Of a stretch of 64,000 bases of DNA, positions 1 to 13,848 are shown piece after piece. The stretch lies in NCBI GenBank assembly GCA_964270895.1, contig OZ185436.1; one strand, written 5' to 3'. Position numbers and translations under genes: made by a program. Within the stretch, counting starts at the first letter, position 1. Every line of letters begins with the position of its first letter. The notes beneath the pieces were generated by a model that worked only from the letters and a program-made list of their open reading frames with translations, did no database searches and was not told the DNA's origin. This stretch comes from Podarcis filfolensis (taxonomy: Eukaryota).

Positions 1-40
1 AGGGGAAAAACTGCGTCCAATAGAGCGAAAAATACGGTAC
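1..40. mobile_element. End of a probable Tc1/mariner (Tigger-like) non-autonomous element cut by the window edge
   Basis: CpG-containing ...gcgtccaatagagcgaaaaatacgg followed by TA resembles Tigger-type MITE termini. Only 40 bp are visible. Confidence 0.35.
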
Positions 41-1384
41 TTTATTGTATGAATTTTTGAAATGCGTGTTACCTCTTCTATCCAGATCTCTGTACTTACC
101 AGCTGCTGCATACATAAATGATTTCTAAATGTCCAAGAAACATCTAGTGAGAGATATGTCAGTTAGGGCTTCTGCAAACATTTGGCTCTGTTTTCAGAAT
201 TCCTCATAATCCCTGAAGATCTTTATTCTGCCGTGCACTGACAATGGAGAACAATCATTCTAAACCACAAGATCAGTGAAACAGGCTTGTTTGGGTACAC
301 ATAAGAGGAAAATTACAATCCATAATTTGAGGAGACTGCAAGTATTTTAGCCTGCTTGGTCAAAAGGGAATCCTATTCAGTATCTGAAAAAAGAATGTAA
401 ATGTGTTGTGGCTACTTTCTGTGGCTATTTCTGCTTTTAATGCAAAAAATATTGTGCATATGTTGTCCTGTTGCATAGGCCTTTCTTGTTCTTGTTAACT
501 TGCCATGCAGGCTTTGGAAAGCTTTTGCTGTTCTTAATTTCATGGTTGCGTTTGCCTTTCAGTATCTCTTCTCCATGTTATAAACCCCAAACTGAAGCCT
601 AACATTTCAGTGAAAAGCATTCTGAGTTTGTTTTTATTTGGAGCACGGGTTTGGGGGTTTTTGGGGGGTTAACATTTGACACGTGGGAATTTATAACAGA
701 ATATTCTCTTAGTGAAAAATTCTGAGCCATAGAACTTTTCTCTAAAATCCACAGAGATTCACTGTTCAAACTATTCATTTTTCTACATGTCTTACTCCAA
801 GTCCAGAGCTCAACGTTATGGGAATTGTGTGGCTGCTGCCAAATACAGCAGCCACATGCCTTCAACTCCTCAAAATAAGTGGTATCTTCACGCTTTGGAT
901 TTGCAAGAAGACCCTGTGGCTTTAGTTTAGATATTATTTTTTTGAAGGAAAACTTTTAATGGAGTGTTTACAACTTTGAGCTCCATAGCAGCAGAATTCA
1001 CTGTGTGTGAGAGAGACAGGCAGGACAGGCCAGGGCTTCCATATTTATAGCATTTCCAGTCTCAGATTTCAATTTTGTTTTGTTTTTAATTTACTAACTG
1101 CAAGGTGACAGATACCACAAGGTTTGAAATCTACACATTTGATATTTTATTGTTCAGTGGAGTCTGTCTGACAATTGACTGAGTTGGTGTGAAGACACCA
1201 AATGTTCACAAATTGTCCAAATGTTCATGTAACAAGCTGTCAAGATGTTTGCAATCCAGTAAGGGAAAGTTCTCACTTTCGGCAGGATTAAAACATCAAC
1301 ACAGGCCCCAGGTGCAACAGTGGCCTTATGCGATAGAATAAAAATTGTCAAGAAGTCCCAGGAATAGCTAAGATAGTCAGCCAA

Positions 1385-1505
1385 AGTAACTCCCTCTAGA
1401 TGTTGCAGAACTACAGCTCCCATTGTTCCTGATTATTGATCAGACTGGCCAGTGCTGATGTGAAAGCAGTCCAACAACATATGGAGGGCCATAAGTTCCC
1501 CATCT
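1385..1505. mobile_element. Degenerate copy of palindromic non-autonomous (hAT-like) element
   Basis: Contains ctctagatgttgcagaactacagctcccat ... caacatatggagggcc, matching the intact copies at 27025 and 51408. Confidence 0.55.
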
Positions 1506-2487
1506 TGGTTTATAGTTTCTGCCAATGGCTTATGTTCTCAGGTTTCCTCTTCTAGTCCTGCCTGTCCCCCAATCCAACCTGGTTTCATTTATTGGCTCCC
1601 TTCCCTTTGGTCTTTACTTGCTTCCTTTGGTTTCTTGTGCTGGATTGCAACATCGCTGTTACACTGATAAGCCACTGTGTATCTTTCTTACTGCTCTATT
1701 TACCTGAATATCAAATCATTATCTCAGATTTAATATGCAGAATCAGAATGTATTGTGTTTTCCTCAAATGATTCACTTTCCTCTTCTCTTTAACAATTTT
1801 TTTACAAACTTGGGCATTATCCTTAAATCACCCCCCTCTCTCTCTCACACACACACTCTCTCTCACACACACAAACAAAATATTCATGCTGATTCTTCTA
1901 AAACTCTATTTAGGCCTTCGTTTTAAGGCCTTGTGTATTGACTACTATGATGTTTTATTCACAGGTGGCCTCAGCCTCATCTCTCAGCTTAGTCTACTGT
2001 CTTAACTCTTCCGCTCATTTATTTTTTCTTCACGCTTTAATCAGGTTACACCCTTGAAAACGTCTCATTTACTTTTTTAAAACAAATTCCATTTTTACAA
2101 TTAAAGCAATTAACAATAATCCAAATGTAAAACACACATTTGGTTTCAGCTTCCCTTCTCATTCCCCATGGTTCATTTCAATATTTTCTTTTCCATTACA
2201 TAATCTAATTTTTTCCCCTATATTTTCACTGTCTCAGTTTTATATCCCAATAATTGTTACTGCTGAATTTACTCTATTACTTTTAACTTTTCAATGTGTT
2301 TACAATAATTTTCCAGATAGTCTAATAGGCTACATAAGAGATGTTATAGTTTGAACTGATGTGGATTTTGGAGATGTTCTATGGCCCAGAGTCAGCAATA
2401 TCAGGGATTTTGGATACAGTTGTTGTTTTTTTAATCTGACAAACCTAGAGGGTTCTTCGTTCTCTTTTGATATTTATCATAAGTGTA

Positions 2488-2511
2488 AAAAGGTAAAGGT
2501 AAAGGGGCCCC
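2488..2511 (-). mobile_element. Ultra-truncated Sauria-SINE 3' tail insertion
   Basis: aaaaggtaaaggtaaaggggcccc matches the tail of the full SINE at 48039. It is flanked by an 8-bp direct repeat taagtgta (2480-2487, 2512-2519). Confidence 0.7.
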
Positions 2512-4325
2512 TAAGTGTACTTCATGCATATTCATCAGTGAATAAATATACCTGAAGCAGTCACCACAATCACGGGAATTTGTCTGCCTTAACCTCCTCC
2601 TATTGGCTTTGTCAAGACACCTTGTCATTCAATTGGCTCAGATTTCTGCATTAATTGTAGATTTTTCCTAATGATCCAGAGAGAAAAATAGAACCCTTAA
2701 GTCATAAAGACATCCTGTCTCATTCTGAAAGGAGATCCCTCTGCTTAATTAACTTCATAAATTAGCTGTCGCTATAGCACCACCACTTTATCACCAGATG
2801 GAGGTAATATAATCTCTCTGATCCTTTTTGCCATTGTAATGGATCCCAACCATCAATTAACATGCCCTTGAGCCTTTCCATTTGGCAGCATTATGGTCGT
2901 GAGGAAGCTGATGTGCAGACAGAGTTGTCAAAGGAGTGCTAAGCTGTGAAATTATCAATAGCCTAAGAATTCTAGCAGGTTGCTTGTCTTTTTTTCTGGT
3001 TATGCTCTATTTTTTTCACCCATGTTCTCATATTTAGAATCCCCCCTGATCCAACTGAAGCCTTTGAAGATGTGCCTACTTCAAGCCAAACATCTGTGGA
3101 AGGTGGCAGCGTTGACAAGTGATGTTGATCAACTGCTTTTGAAGTGGACTGACTGGGAGTTATACTATGTCCATGAGAGTACCATACCCAGAAAACACAC
3201 ACGCAAATTAGCACACTTTACATTTTGAAGAATCGTTTATTTTATTTTTCTACATTCAAACCTCCTTCATCTCAAAAGTGCATGGAAGAGGCAGCATTTT
3301 TATTATAAATACATGCTCTGCATCCAGTGATTTGATTCCAAGTTGATGATGGGGTTGGGGGTGCAAGGGCAATCAAAAGGTGAAATAGCATCTCTCTTAT
3401 CAGTGATTTTGTTTGCTTCCCAGTTACCTATCCACATTTGTTATATACACCTTGATAGACTTTGTGATTTGGTTGGCTGTTAATATCTTTTAAGGATTTA
3501 ATTACTAAACTTGTTCATTATATTGCTAGGTAGACCTACATTTTTGCCTCTTTTTCTTTTTTCCAAGCATTGAATGTTGTAATTTTGAGTGAAGGAGTCA
3601 AGAATATGGGAAAGAAGATACAAACATTTATCAGTTGCACAGCTAACACTCAGGAAGGTGGGCTCTTGGCTAAGGTGCAGGCATACAGAAGCACCAGTAA
3701 CATAGATCTGGTGCACTGAGTGCCAGAACTAAAGGAAGAGGTGGGGAGGAGAGATAATACGAAGACAAATGTGTAGTTCTGTTTTTTGTTCTCCCTTCCA
3801 AAACTTGATCTGGTTTACACAAAAAAACTCCAGTGAAAATACTGGAACAATCACTGGTAAACCCTTCTGACAGAAGGTTGTGCCATTCTTGTTTTCAAGG
3901 TGTTCGCACTTTGCTGGGGTATTAATGTTAGCTTCTGCCCAGGACATGAAAGCAGCTAGTTAAGATTACTATGGCCATAATTCTCAAGGCACTTACTCTT
4001 GAGTGCTTCCATTTATTTTCATGAAACCTTTCACAACTTTTGTAAACTACAAAAAAATCTATGGGCAGCAAAGTAGCTGTTTGTAGGGTTGGGTTGTTTT
4101 TTCTTAACATTTTACTAGTTTAACAATACGGTTATGCACACTGATGATTGTGGGTTGTATCCCAATGTTAGTCATACTCTGAGTGCATCCATTAATATTA
4201 ATGGACATGACTAACTTGGGTCCATTTATTTCAGTGGGTCTGTTCTAAGTAGAACTTAGCTGGATACAGCATGGTATGTATGTCCGTTGAATGCATTGTT
4301 AAAATAATAATTTAAAAAATTGGAA

Positions 4326-4470
4326 GGGCTCACAGCTCAGGGATAGACCATATGCTTTGCATGCAGAAGACCCCAGGTTCAATTTCAGTTAAGAGAATCT
4401 TGAAGAACAATCTTGGAAAATATCGTCGCCTAAAATATTGAAGAGCTATTGGAGCAGACAGTAATGGATT
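4326..4470 (+). mobile_element. tRNA-derived SINE, decayed
   Basis: Head gggctcacagctcagggatagaccatatgctttgcatgcagaagaccccaggttcaat has A-box/B-box-like motifs. Same family as 50246-50410. Confidence 0.6.
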
Positions 4471-6229
4471 GCTCTGAATATTTGATTACAACAGACGGCT
4501 GAGATAGAAATCTGCTTAAATAAATGGATGAACCAACAGTGAAGCCTGCCATAAGACACCTTTTTTTGTTCACATGTGGTATATTGAGCAAAGTCACCTT
4601 GCCATTCAGACCCTTCTTCGTGATACTGGTGTTTATGAATGGTTTAGTTGGTGGCTTTGTGCAGTGTGAGAAACTCAGGTTTTGTTGTTGCGTCCTGTCC
4701 CCCCAACTCTACCCACAGGTTGCTCTCAAGGGTTAGGGAATCCTCCGGAGAAGTATGTAGTATGGTGTGAACAGCTACAGTGTGTGTGTAGGGCGTGTTG
4801 TTGCTGAAGAATGCCAGATCCCACGGAAACAGGTGCTTTCTGCTGGTGAGGCCACCACCGGATACAGCCCTTAATCTTTTCTTCAGTGGGGATCTTTTTC
4901 CCTTCTGAATTTTTTATGATTTTCTATATTAATGTTATATTCTTTTATTTATGTGAGCCACCCAGATAACAGATGTTATTAAGCAGATTATACAAATATA
5001 GTAAGTATAATACCTGAATCATAGGAGGCTATCTCTCCAAATAAAGTTATGCCACTTCTTCAAAGGACCCCGTAGGAGCCCTCCTTTTTAATCAGTTTTT
5101 ACTCATCCCTTTTTTGCTTTTTTGTTCTTGATGAGTGTATAGAACAGCACTCTCTCCAGGGAGTAATCAACCTTGACGCTTTGCATTTTGTATGTACAGA
5201 CATATTTTGCCATTTTTTTCCTTTGTAAAAAATGTGAACTTGTGTGTATATGATGTGCTGGTAAAGAACCCTCCTCTCTAGGCACAGTGTAGACTTAGAA
5301 ATCAATAGCAATGTAGCCTTTGAAACCCCTCCATTTCTGAGTATGGATCTGTATATGCCCCCATAATGGTGCAGAAAACTTACAAAATATATCCTCCATA
5401 AAATAAGTTATCTTTAGGAACTGCGAAAGTTCTTAATCAGCAGCATACAGTACTTGAATTTGTGTTCCACAGAGGCTGTGTTTCCTCACAAACATTTAGG
5501 ATAGCATTTTGTGCTCTTTAGCAATTATGTCCCTGGCAAGTTTGTAATGTAGCTTCTTCTGGCTCAGCATGAATGCACAGAATACTTTGCCAGTTTTTCA
5601 TTGTCTTAATAGCTGTTGCTGTGGGAGATGCTCTTGCTGCTTTCATTTCCCAGTTGGTGTCAGAAGGGCATCCTGAGAATGGGGAGGGCAATTTTGTTTG
5701 ATTCAGAGGAAAAGCTACCCAAGGATGAAACTCTTCCTGCCTTCCTCTTCTGTCTCTGGTAAGGAGCACAGGACTTTCCTGTCTAACAGAAAAATAGAAA
5801 TCACCTGTGACGCTACATTTGTTGTTTCTGTACCATTTTGTCACTTTATTTACTTCATTTCATTGTTATTTACTGTTTATGTTGCACTCTATTAAAATAA
5901 TGACTGAAGTGGCTTACAATAATAAAACAACACATCATGAAAATGAAAAAATAAGACATTGTTAGCAAAATATTCATATGAGACCACATAACTAAAACTT
6001 GAAAAGAGCAGGTTACTGATTAAAAGCTAGCCTATATTTTTATTAAAAAAGGTTTTACTATCCGTCAAAGACAGATTTGCCTGCAGAGTGCAACTGGGCA
6101 GCCTAAATCCTGAAAGACAAATTAGGTTATTCTTAATGGGTTCTTAACATTTAGGCCAAAAGCAGGCCCCCCTCCTTAAGTATGGATCAGTCCCGTTCCA
6201 CCATCACATTTGAGGTTTTCTTCTTCTTC

Positions 6230-6274
<45 letters not shown>
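6230..6274. repeat. (TAT)n microsatellite, probably the tail of an L2-type element
   Basis: About 15 perfect units, followed by atactacccttcatcata, which resembles an L2 3' end on the minus strand. Confidence 0.9.
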
Positions 6275-6275
<1 letters not shown>

Positions 6276-6508
6276 CTACCCTTCATCATATCTCAGGACA
6301 GTTCATAAGATAAAAATACATGCTTCCCTATTGCATGTTAATTCCAAACACCAGCAGTTTTGCTTTACTATTTTGCCATTGACTTGTACAGCTGTGGGTT
6401 ACTTATGTTACCACCTGTACTTTCTGCATTTCCTTCCTTTCTCACCTCACTGTTTACAGTCCCCATCCACTATATGTATATATACACACACCTGTAACTC
6501 AGGGTAGC

Positions 6509-6650
6509 ACTTCATGCATCTGATGAAGTGGATTTTTATAGTTTGTGAAAGCCTATCCTCTAATAAATTTGTTTGTCTTTAAGGTGCCATATGAAAATTT
6601 TGTTTGTTTTTTGCTGCAACAGACTATCATGGCTTTATTCCTCTGGAAAT
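6509..6650 (+). mobile_element. Penelope-like element terminal fragment
   Basis: ctgatgaagtgg...aataaatttgtttgtctttaaggtgcca...ttttgctgcaacagacta is a motif typical of reptile Penelope elements. A shorter piece gtctttaaggtgccaca lies at ~35462. Confidence 0.55.
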
Positions 6651-9059
6651 CATCTCTGATTTGTTTGCTCGGGAACCATAGCCTGTGATGTACATGAGCC
6701 TGTTTTAAAGCCGTGGGATATTTTGGGCTGCTGACTCATAGTATTCCCTCTTCACAGTGTTTGCCATTTGTGAGAGATTAATGTCCTAACTCAACAAATC
6801 TAATTTTAGCTGGGTTTTTTTGTTTCCTGCTTTTGGCATCTTTGTGTCAAAAGTAATCTTTCATATCTGTCTTCCCACTCTGCTTCACATAAGAAGTATC
6901 TCCTGCAACAACAGATAGGAAAAGGGGACTGGACTCCAGATGCTGTATATTCCTTTTTCTTTCTTTTTATGTAGGTAAAGTAAAACTATACACCATTGTC
7001 TAAATGTAAGCAATGTGCTTTTGTCACTTCCATGGTTGGGAGAGCATTTATTCCAAATAAACAGTGTTTAATAAAAATATATCCTAAAGCCATGCTTAAC
7101 TGGTCAGTTTCCTTTCACACAACAGGATACAGAACGGATGGTATAAATACAGCATTGCATTGTTAAGTTTAAGAAGGAAAAATAATATATCACACTATAT
7201 TATAGTCATTTAACCAAAATTTCCAAGTCATGTTACAACTTTTTAATGCCCCTCATTTTCGGAAGTTGAAGAAATCAACACACCCTACTATCATGTTTAT
7301 CATATATATATATCACATTTAGTTTGAGAAGATGGCTAAGCAGCAGTTCACTAGATTGTATATTGTAAATTTATAATCCATATTAGCCTGCCAAATGGTA
7401 AGGAGAATTTTACCACATAAGTGCCCCTGCTCAGGAATTAAAGGGAAAAGCGGACTGGTCCCATTTCCCTCACAATAGATAGCCACCTTACAAAGCACAT
7501 CCACTGTCCTAAATTGCCTCTCAAGCAGTTCCCACCTATAGCCACCCATTCTTATAAAAGTACACACAGTACACAATAAATTTACCAGTCTGGACTTTCA
7601 TATAATTAAGTATCTGATTAACTTCAGAAGGTAGTGCTTTGCTTTAAAAAATGTGAAATGTATAGTTCTGTTGTTGCAAATGCATCTGTCACACGTTGTC
7701 TCATAAATCCTGTACAGCACATGTGTAACATAGTATTGTCCACCAGATAAGATTGTGCTGTTTGCCAAAACTTCAAATTATCAACTTTAATAGGACTCCT
7801 ACAAGACCCCACACTAAACCTCTGTAAATGGACTAGCATAGAAAGGGAGTTCCTGGCAAGCATGAGCTTCTCCAGTCACTGAAGTGCTGGAACAGCTCCA
7901 TGTGCACAATGCTTGTCCTACTTTACAGGGCTCTATAAGGATGACTGAGATAATATATGTGAAAATCCAAGGAAAATGTGCTATAAATTTATATGTTTTT
8001 ATCCTTGTTCCTGACCAGTTTGCTTGGTTAAATCATCACAGAGAGAACTTCATTCATTGTGCTTCTTAAAATCTGATTGTCTACCTTACATGAGTACAGG
8101 TATTCTCTGGATCAAGGTGGTAATGAGAAACAGCTGAAAAGCCTCACTTGCTGCCCATAATCCTTAGCATGGTTAGGTTTATACACTAAGCTTGGGAGTT
8201 CCCAACTGGCCTTATCTGCCCTTTGAGGTAATAATATAGGTTAAGACTCTAAACTGGGCTAGCAGGTATTTTTTTCCTCCAGGACATTCTAGAGCCAGCA
8301 AATTTGTCACTTTAACTTGTCTTGCAACTGTCGTCAGGAGGAGGCCGTCTGTCTTCAAAGGCACCTCTCCCAGTAATGTACCCATTTCTGCCTTTGTGGC
8401 AGCCCCTCCCTGTTGTATGTTGTGTAGGCTTCAGTGCAGATAGCCCCCTCCCGCAATATATTTCCTGTCCGGGGAACAGAGAAACATATATACTTCATCT
8501 TCAAAGTGAAATTAAGGTAGAAGCAGGAAGGCCATTGCGCTCTCATTTGATAAAGGGGACGTGCACTTGAGTGGAAATGTCACGTTCTTTCCATTAGAGG
8601 GCAGAAATAGGCTTCCATAGCTGTGTGTGCATGCCTTACGTGCTCTCTACCTTTGGTATCTTGTGGGAAAGGATGGTGTGGCCCATAGGATACACTGAGA
8701 TTAAAACAACTATGCAGTTACTCATGTCCAGGACTGCACAGAATGTGCAGGTCTCTTATTTACTTTGGACTTCTTAAAGTGCCGATGTGTTCAGCGTAAG
8801 TTCAAGTAAGCCAATGGCTATTGGAGGGTGTGTGTGTCTTTTTTAAACAATTTTAAAAATCAGAATCTAATTAACAAATTTTAATATGACATCCATTTCC
8901 CCCCAGTATGTTGGGGTTTTTTTTAAAAGCAAGATAATAGCCAAAGGAAATATTCTTTATAGAAACACTCCTGAAGTGTATTTCTCTGACTTTGATTCCG
9001 GTGACAATTCAAATTCACTAAAGTAGGGTTGTTTTTCAATGGAAGAGCTTTGTACTAAT

Positions 9060-9220
9060 ACCAGATGCTTGAGAAGTGAACCATTTGGATTAGGCCTATT
9101 TGCCGTCACATCTTGCTTGTTGTGGCTTCCCTGGAGGCGTCTGGTTGAGCCATTGTGGGGAAAACAGGATGTTGTGCTACATGGGCCCTTTGTCTGATCC
9201 AGCAGGGTTCTTCTTATGTT
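9060..9220 (+). mobile_element. SINE/L2-type 3' fragment
   Basis: ggaggcgtctggttgagccattgtggggaaaacaggatgttgtgctacatgggccctttgtctgatccagcaggg...cttcttatgtt is a common squamate retroposon tail. A related piece lies at ~62850-62970. Confidence 0.5.
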
Positions 9221-12200
9221 ACTAAGTAAAAAGGTTATTCCTGAACATAATGAGAATTTCCACTCTCAAAGGGTTCTGTTTGTATATTCACTCAATATGC
9301 TTCAACACTGTCACAGTTAATCTAATTTGACTTTGGTCAGTCACTGTCCCAGAAAACACAGTTATCTGTTTATATATATGTTCTCTACTTCTCATAAATT
9401 GCACAATCAGGTTTGTTTACTATATATAAAAAACAAACCTAAAAACAATTAAGAACTATATTTTAGTAACTGCACCTGTGTTATCCAAACCTACCCTAGT
9501 AAACGTGCTGACTTTCATTTCTCCTGGAATATGAAATTAGCAAAGTATCCAGGCGAATGGGGTCACAGATGCATTGGTACATTGGTACATATGAAAAAGG
9601 AAAGGAATAGAATACAGGACAATAGCCAGGAATCACCCAGACCAGTCACAGCAAGCCCTTGTGCTTTTTCAGTGACAATGCTGAAGCACAAACGGTGACA
9701 CAAAACCAGAAGCATGCAGTGCAGACTTGCACTCTTTGTCATTTCCACATCAGCGGCAGATCAAAGCTGAGGTAGACATAGTCATAATCTGAAAGAGTTA
9801 ACTTGCACATGAATTCCTGAGGACTTGTTTACACATCATGTTTCTACAGGATTACGTGTACTTCTAGGAAGAACACACATAGGTTGGTTCATTCTTCAAA
9901 GTAAAGAGGTTGCAGACTTTGCATTTTTAAGTAATGTTGCTTATTCTTATTCACGGATGAGAATGTGCCTTAGTATTGCAAGACAACGATCTTATCAGTG
10001 CAGTGAATCTGTGACTCAAACTTCCCCAAAGTGTATGTGCCCACCTGTTTTCTTTTGGTGGGATCAAGGACACAGTTCCTCCCACAAGCTATTTGGGTGC
10101 TGGTGTTCTAGCCAAGGGTGGTCCACTCCACGTAACGATAATGCAGATGGGGATGCCCATTCTACAATCATCCTACAGCTCATGGAGACTAAGGAACATT
10201 GCTGGCATGGCATTCATTCTCTCACACTTTGGCGTCATTCTTTCACATTATAGCACTTCTTTTTTTAATGGTCGGGGCAACATATATTAAAAAGCACTTG
10301 TTATTTCTGCCTTCTGCAAAAGACTCGATTCCTTCCCTGAGTTATCTGGCATCATGTGCAGAGGACTTGCCGTAGGAGAGGGTTCTTCCTCTCCAGACAC
10401 TTGTATAGCTTTGTGTGTCCTCTGCAGCCCCACCCACCCTCCTGACCTTCTCTCAAACACTCTGTGTACGTGAGAGAACTCGGGGGGAGAGGATCTTGTT
10501 TCATTTCCCTTTTGCAGGAAGCAGAAGCAGTGTGATTCTCATGCATTGATCTGCTAATCATAAAACCAGTGGCCCTGTGTTCCCTGCAGTTTACAAATAG
10601 CGGGCGCCCTGGCAAGAGGATTTGTGAAACCCTGTCCTTGTAGTTAAGCAGCTCAATACACAACGTGAAGCATGGGCAAACTTGCTATGTTGATGTGTCT
10701 CTAACCTGCTGCTAATTATGACTGTCTCATGCATACACACCACAAAGCAAAGGATCCTGGGCAGGAGTCAATGTCTCATTTTGTTGGAGGGAATTGTTAT
10801 TTTTTCCCACTTTGCTCACTTCTCATAAATATACAATGCTACAGTTGTATATTGTTCTGTGAGGCAAAAGTTTAGAAATAAATGAGCTCTACTTGGTTTT
10901 AACTAAGACTGAGCTTAAATGGCCTCATCTTCAAAGCCTTATCTGTAGGCCACAAAGACTCCCCATCCCATAAACCGCAGTTATATTTAGATATAATTTC
11001 TATAACGATTTATATTTTTGGAAATATCTCTATGCAGACTGCAGCAGATCTTAAGGCGTCATAAACATAGCATTATAAAATATCAAAACATCGCAAATGA
11101 AAATCAAATTTGCAAAATTCAGTCAAGATCCACATTTAAAGCGGTATAATTAGCAATGAAACAATATCCTTTTGAACATCAAAAAACTTTACTGGTAAAA
11201 ATAAAGCATAAAAATGCAATAAAAGTTCCATGTTAACATATAATCTGCCGCTGAACAAAACCACTGAGGCAGAAGCTGTTGACAACAAGGCCATGCTTTC
11301 CCCCCGCCCCCATGCACACACTCAAACACAGAGACTTTTCTCCCTGCTGCTTGGTGTTCAGGTGGTGGTGCTGTGGTGCCAATTTAGAGAGAAAGTCTTG
11401 CGGTCCATTTAGCTTCTGCTGTGTGTATTCCTGTAGCAACTAGATCTGGCTTTTTCCTTATGCAACTGTGAACAAAGCTCATTCAGAATGAGGAACATGT
11501 ATGTGGACTAGGGATGGCCCTCACTCTGCGTTAGCTTTGTTTTCCTTTTGTATTGTTGTCACATCGCCAAATCTTTCTGGTTGTGGTTGATTTATTTGTT
11601 CAAACCAGAGCAGCAGTATGTTGGGACTGTGAAGACTTTCTGTAAGAAACAAAAGAGGTAGACATTTGGGGAAATATTTTTGCCACCCCTTCATATTAAG
11701 TGTTTGTGAAAATTCAGTGCAGTGTTTATCCCCCCACTACCTTTTGTCTACATTATATTTTTATAAAACGAATATTAAGGCTGCCTAGAATAAACCCAGA
11801 CAGTTGCAGCCAAAAAAACAAAAACAAAACTCACAACAACTGACCTCCATTAAAAACTGTTCTAATCTGGTCAAGAATGTTGTCTTTGTGCCAAATTATG
11901 ATGTTGATTCTTATGATGGGGATATTTTCCCACAAGAAAATTGGAATGAAGCCACCAGCTCCTTATACACGACCCACTGTGGGTTTTCTTGTCTTTTCTT
12001 TTTTTGGACTCCAATGTAGGACACATGAATCTGATGTAAAATTGGGAACAATGGCAACACATTGGCTTCCAGTTCTTAAGAAATGCAAGCAAAATGATGC
12101 CTGGGCAGTTGGGAGTGAAGCAATGTCATTACTTACATTGCAAGTATTTTGTAGAAAACTGTGGACAAAATTCTGGCTTCATTTGAAGCTCTTGGGAAAT

Positions 12201-13712
12201 CTGTCTTTGAATTTTACTCCCAAGTGTTACCAAATTTGGGGGAATGGGTTTTCAGTGCAAGTAAATAAACTTTGCAGCCACCTTTGGGAGACCACATGGA
12301 TGAATCTGGGGCTGTACTGAATTATATCTTTTAATGTTTATAATTACTGGGCTTTTTGGGGAGGTGGGGCATGGTATAAATGAATTCATACATTTGCTTA
12401 AGAGACAGTACATCTGATTGGATGTAGCCACACATTACTGAAAAAGTCATCAGCATATCTAGCATTTGTTTTCTAGCATTTTGTGCTCCATGCTCGATAA
12501 CCATTTTGTTTCTTCTTTGTTTGTGCAGTCATTAGGCTCATTTGCCCACACTGCCATTCAATTCAGTTGGATCCCCTTGGGTTGTGTTTACAAGCACTCC
12601 TGAAGTGATCACACCATTAAGGTCATCATAGCCACTATGATTAAATGGCAGCTTGTCACAAATGAGGCTGATGCCTGTGAGGAGGGAAATTGCACTGAAA
12701 AAGAAAACAGCAATGAAAAAATGTGGAATAGTTGGGTATTGAGACACATTTTAACAGTCAAAAAGCCAACATGCAGTGAAGGTAAGTAGGCTTGACCTAG
12801 ACATATCTGCAACTATCTTCCTCAGGATTAGGCGTCCCATCCAGATTTGGTTCTCAGTGAATGGCTTGTCATCAACTGGCACACCTAGTGAGTGCTTGTG
12901 GTGATGTGGAGATACGTTGGAGACTCATTTTCTTAGAAATCTGGTACATGTGTCCTGCTTAGCATCTGGATGCAATTTTAGTTACCATATAGTAAGAAGC
13001 AGCCCTTACTGTGACTAAATGAGAATTCCAGCATTGGTTTGTTCGCTGATCTTCATGTACAGAAGGAAAGTTGGCTGAATGGTAATGTGTGAATGTGTGG
13101 GTGTGCTCTGTGTATACAGAAAGTTGCATTATTCCTTCAACGTAATAATGATTCTGTACCGTAGAAAAATCCAAGGGTTTGAAAAGGGGGGAAAGATCTT
13201 AATTATGTCCTTTAACCATAACATGTTTCTAAGTAACTGTATATTTTCCTGAGATAAGAATTTTGTCGGTTAAACATTATTCAGAATTAAATAGCTAAGC
13301 TTTCTGTGCATATTTACATACTGCTTTCACAGCGATGTATTTGAATACAGGCCAAACCAAAAGCTGTGATAAGCAAAAGACTGCAGTTTCTGGCCTCTGT
13401 TAACAGGGATGTGCAATATTTGTAAATTTCTGTTTGAGCCATTTGTGTTTTTTTAAATAAATTTATTATCAGCTGGTGACAATAATCAACTGGAAGTGCA
13501 CCTTATATTATTGCTTTAATATGTGCTTTGCAGTGCTGACTTCTCATAAACTTAACTTCCTGGTAGCTTTCTCAACACAGCCAGCTAGAACAACTAGAAG
13601 GTTAACTCTGATCTAATGCCTTTGTGGCATTTGGGAGGGGAAAACACTTCCTCCATCTTCACACTATGGCACATATCTTCCTTGCAAACCTGTAGTAAAA
13701 CTTAGGTTTTCG

Positions 13713-13848
13713 ACCAGCCTTCACCAACTTTGTGCCCTCCAGGGATTGGGACTAAATACTCAATTTTCTCTAACAAACAGCCATGCTACCTGAGGATGAT
13801 GGGAGTTGTAGGCCAATGGCACTTGTAGGGCCACAGATTCCCATTCCT
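13713..13848. mobile_element. Degenerate palindromic hAT-like MITE
   Basis: ccagccttcaccaactttgtgccctcca ... ggatgatgggagttgtaggcc shares the core of the 27025/51408 copies. Confidence 0.55.

Noticed and set aside
4743-4751. CTCCGGAGA, a perfect IR0 negative GRE
   Set aside because: About one such 9-bp motif is expected by chance in 64 kb across spacings and strands, and there is no supporting context.
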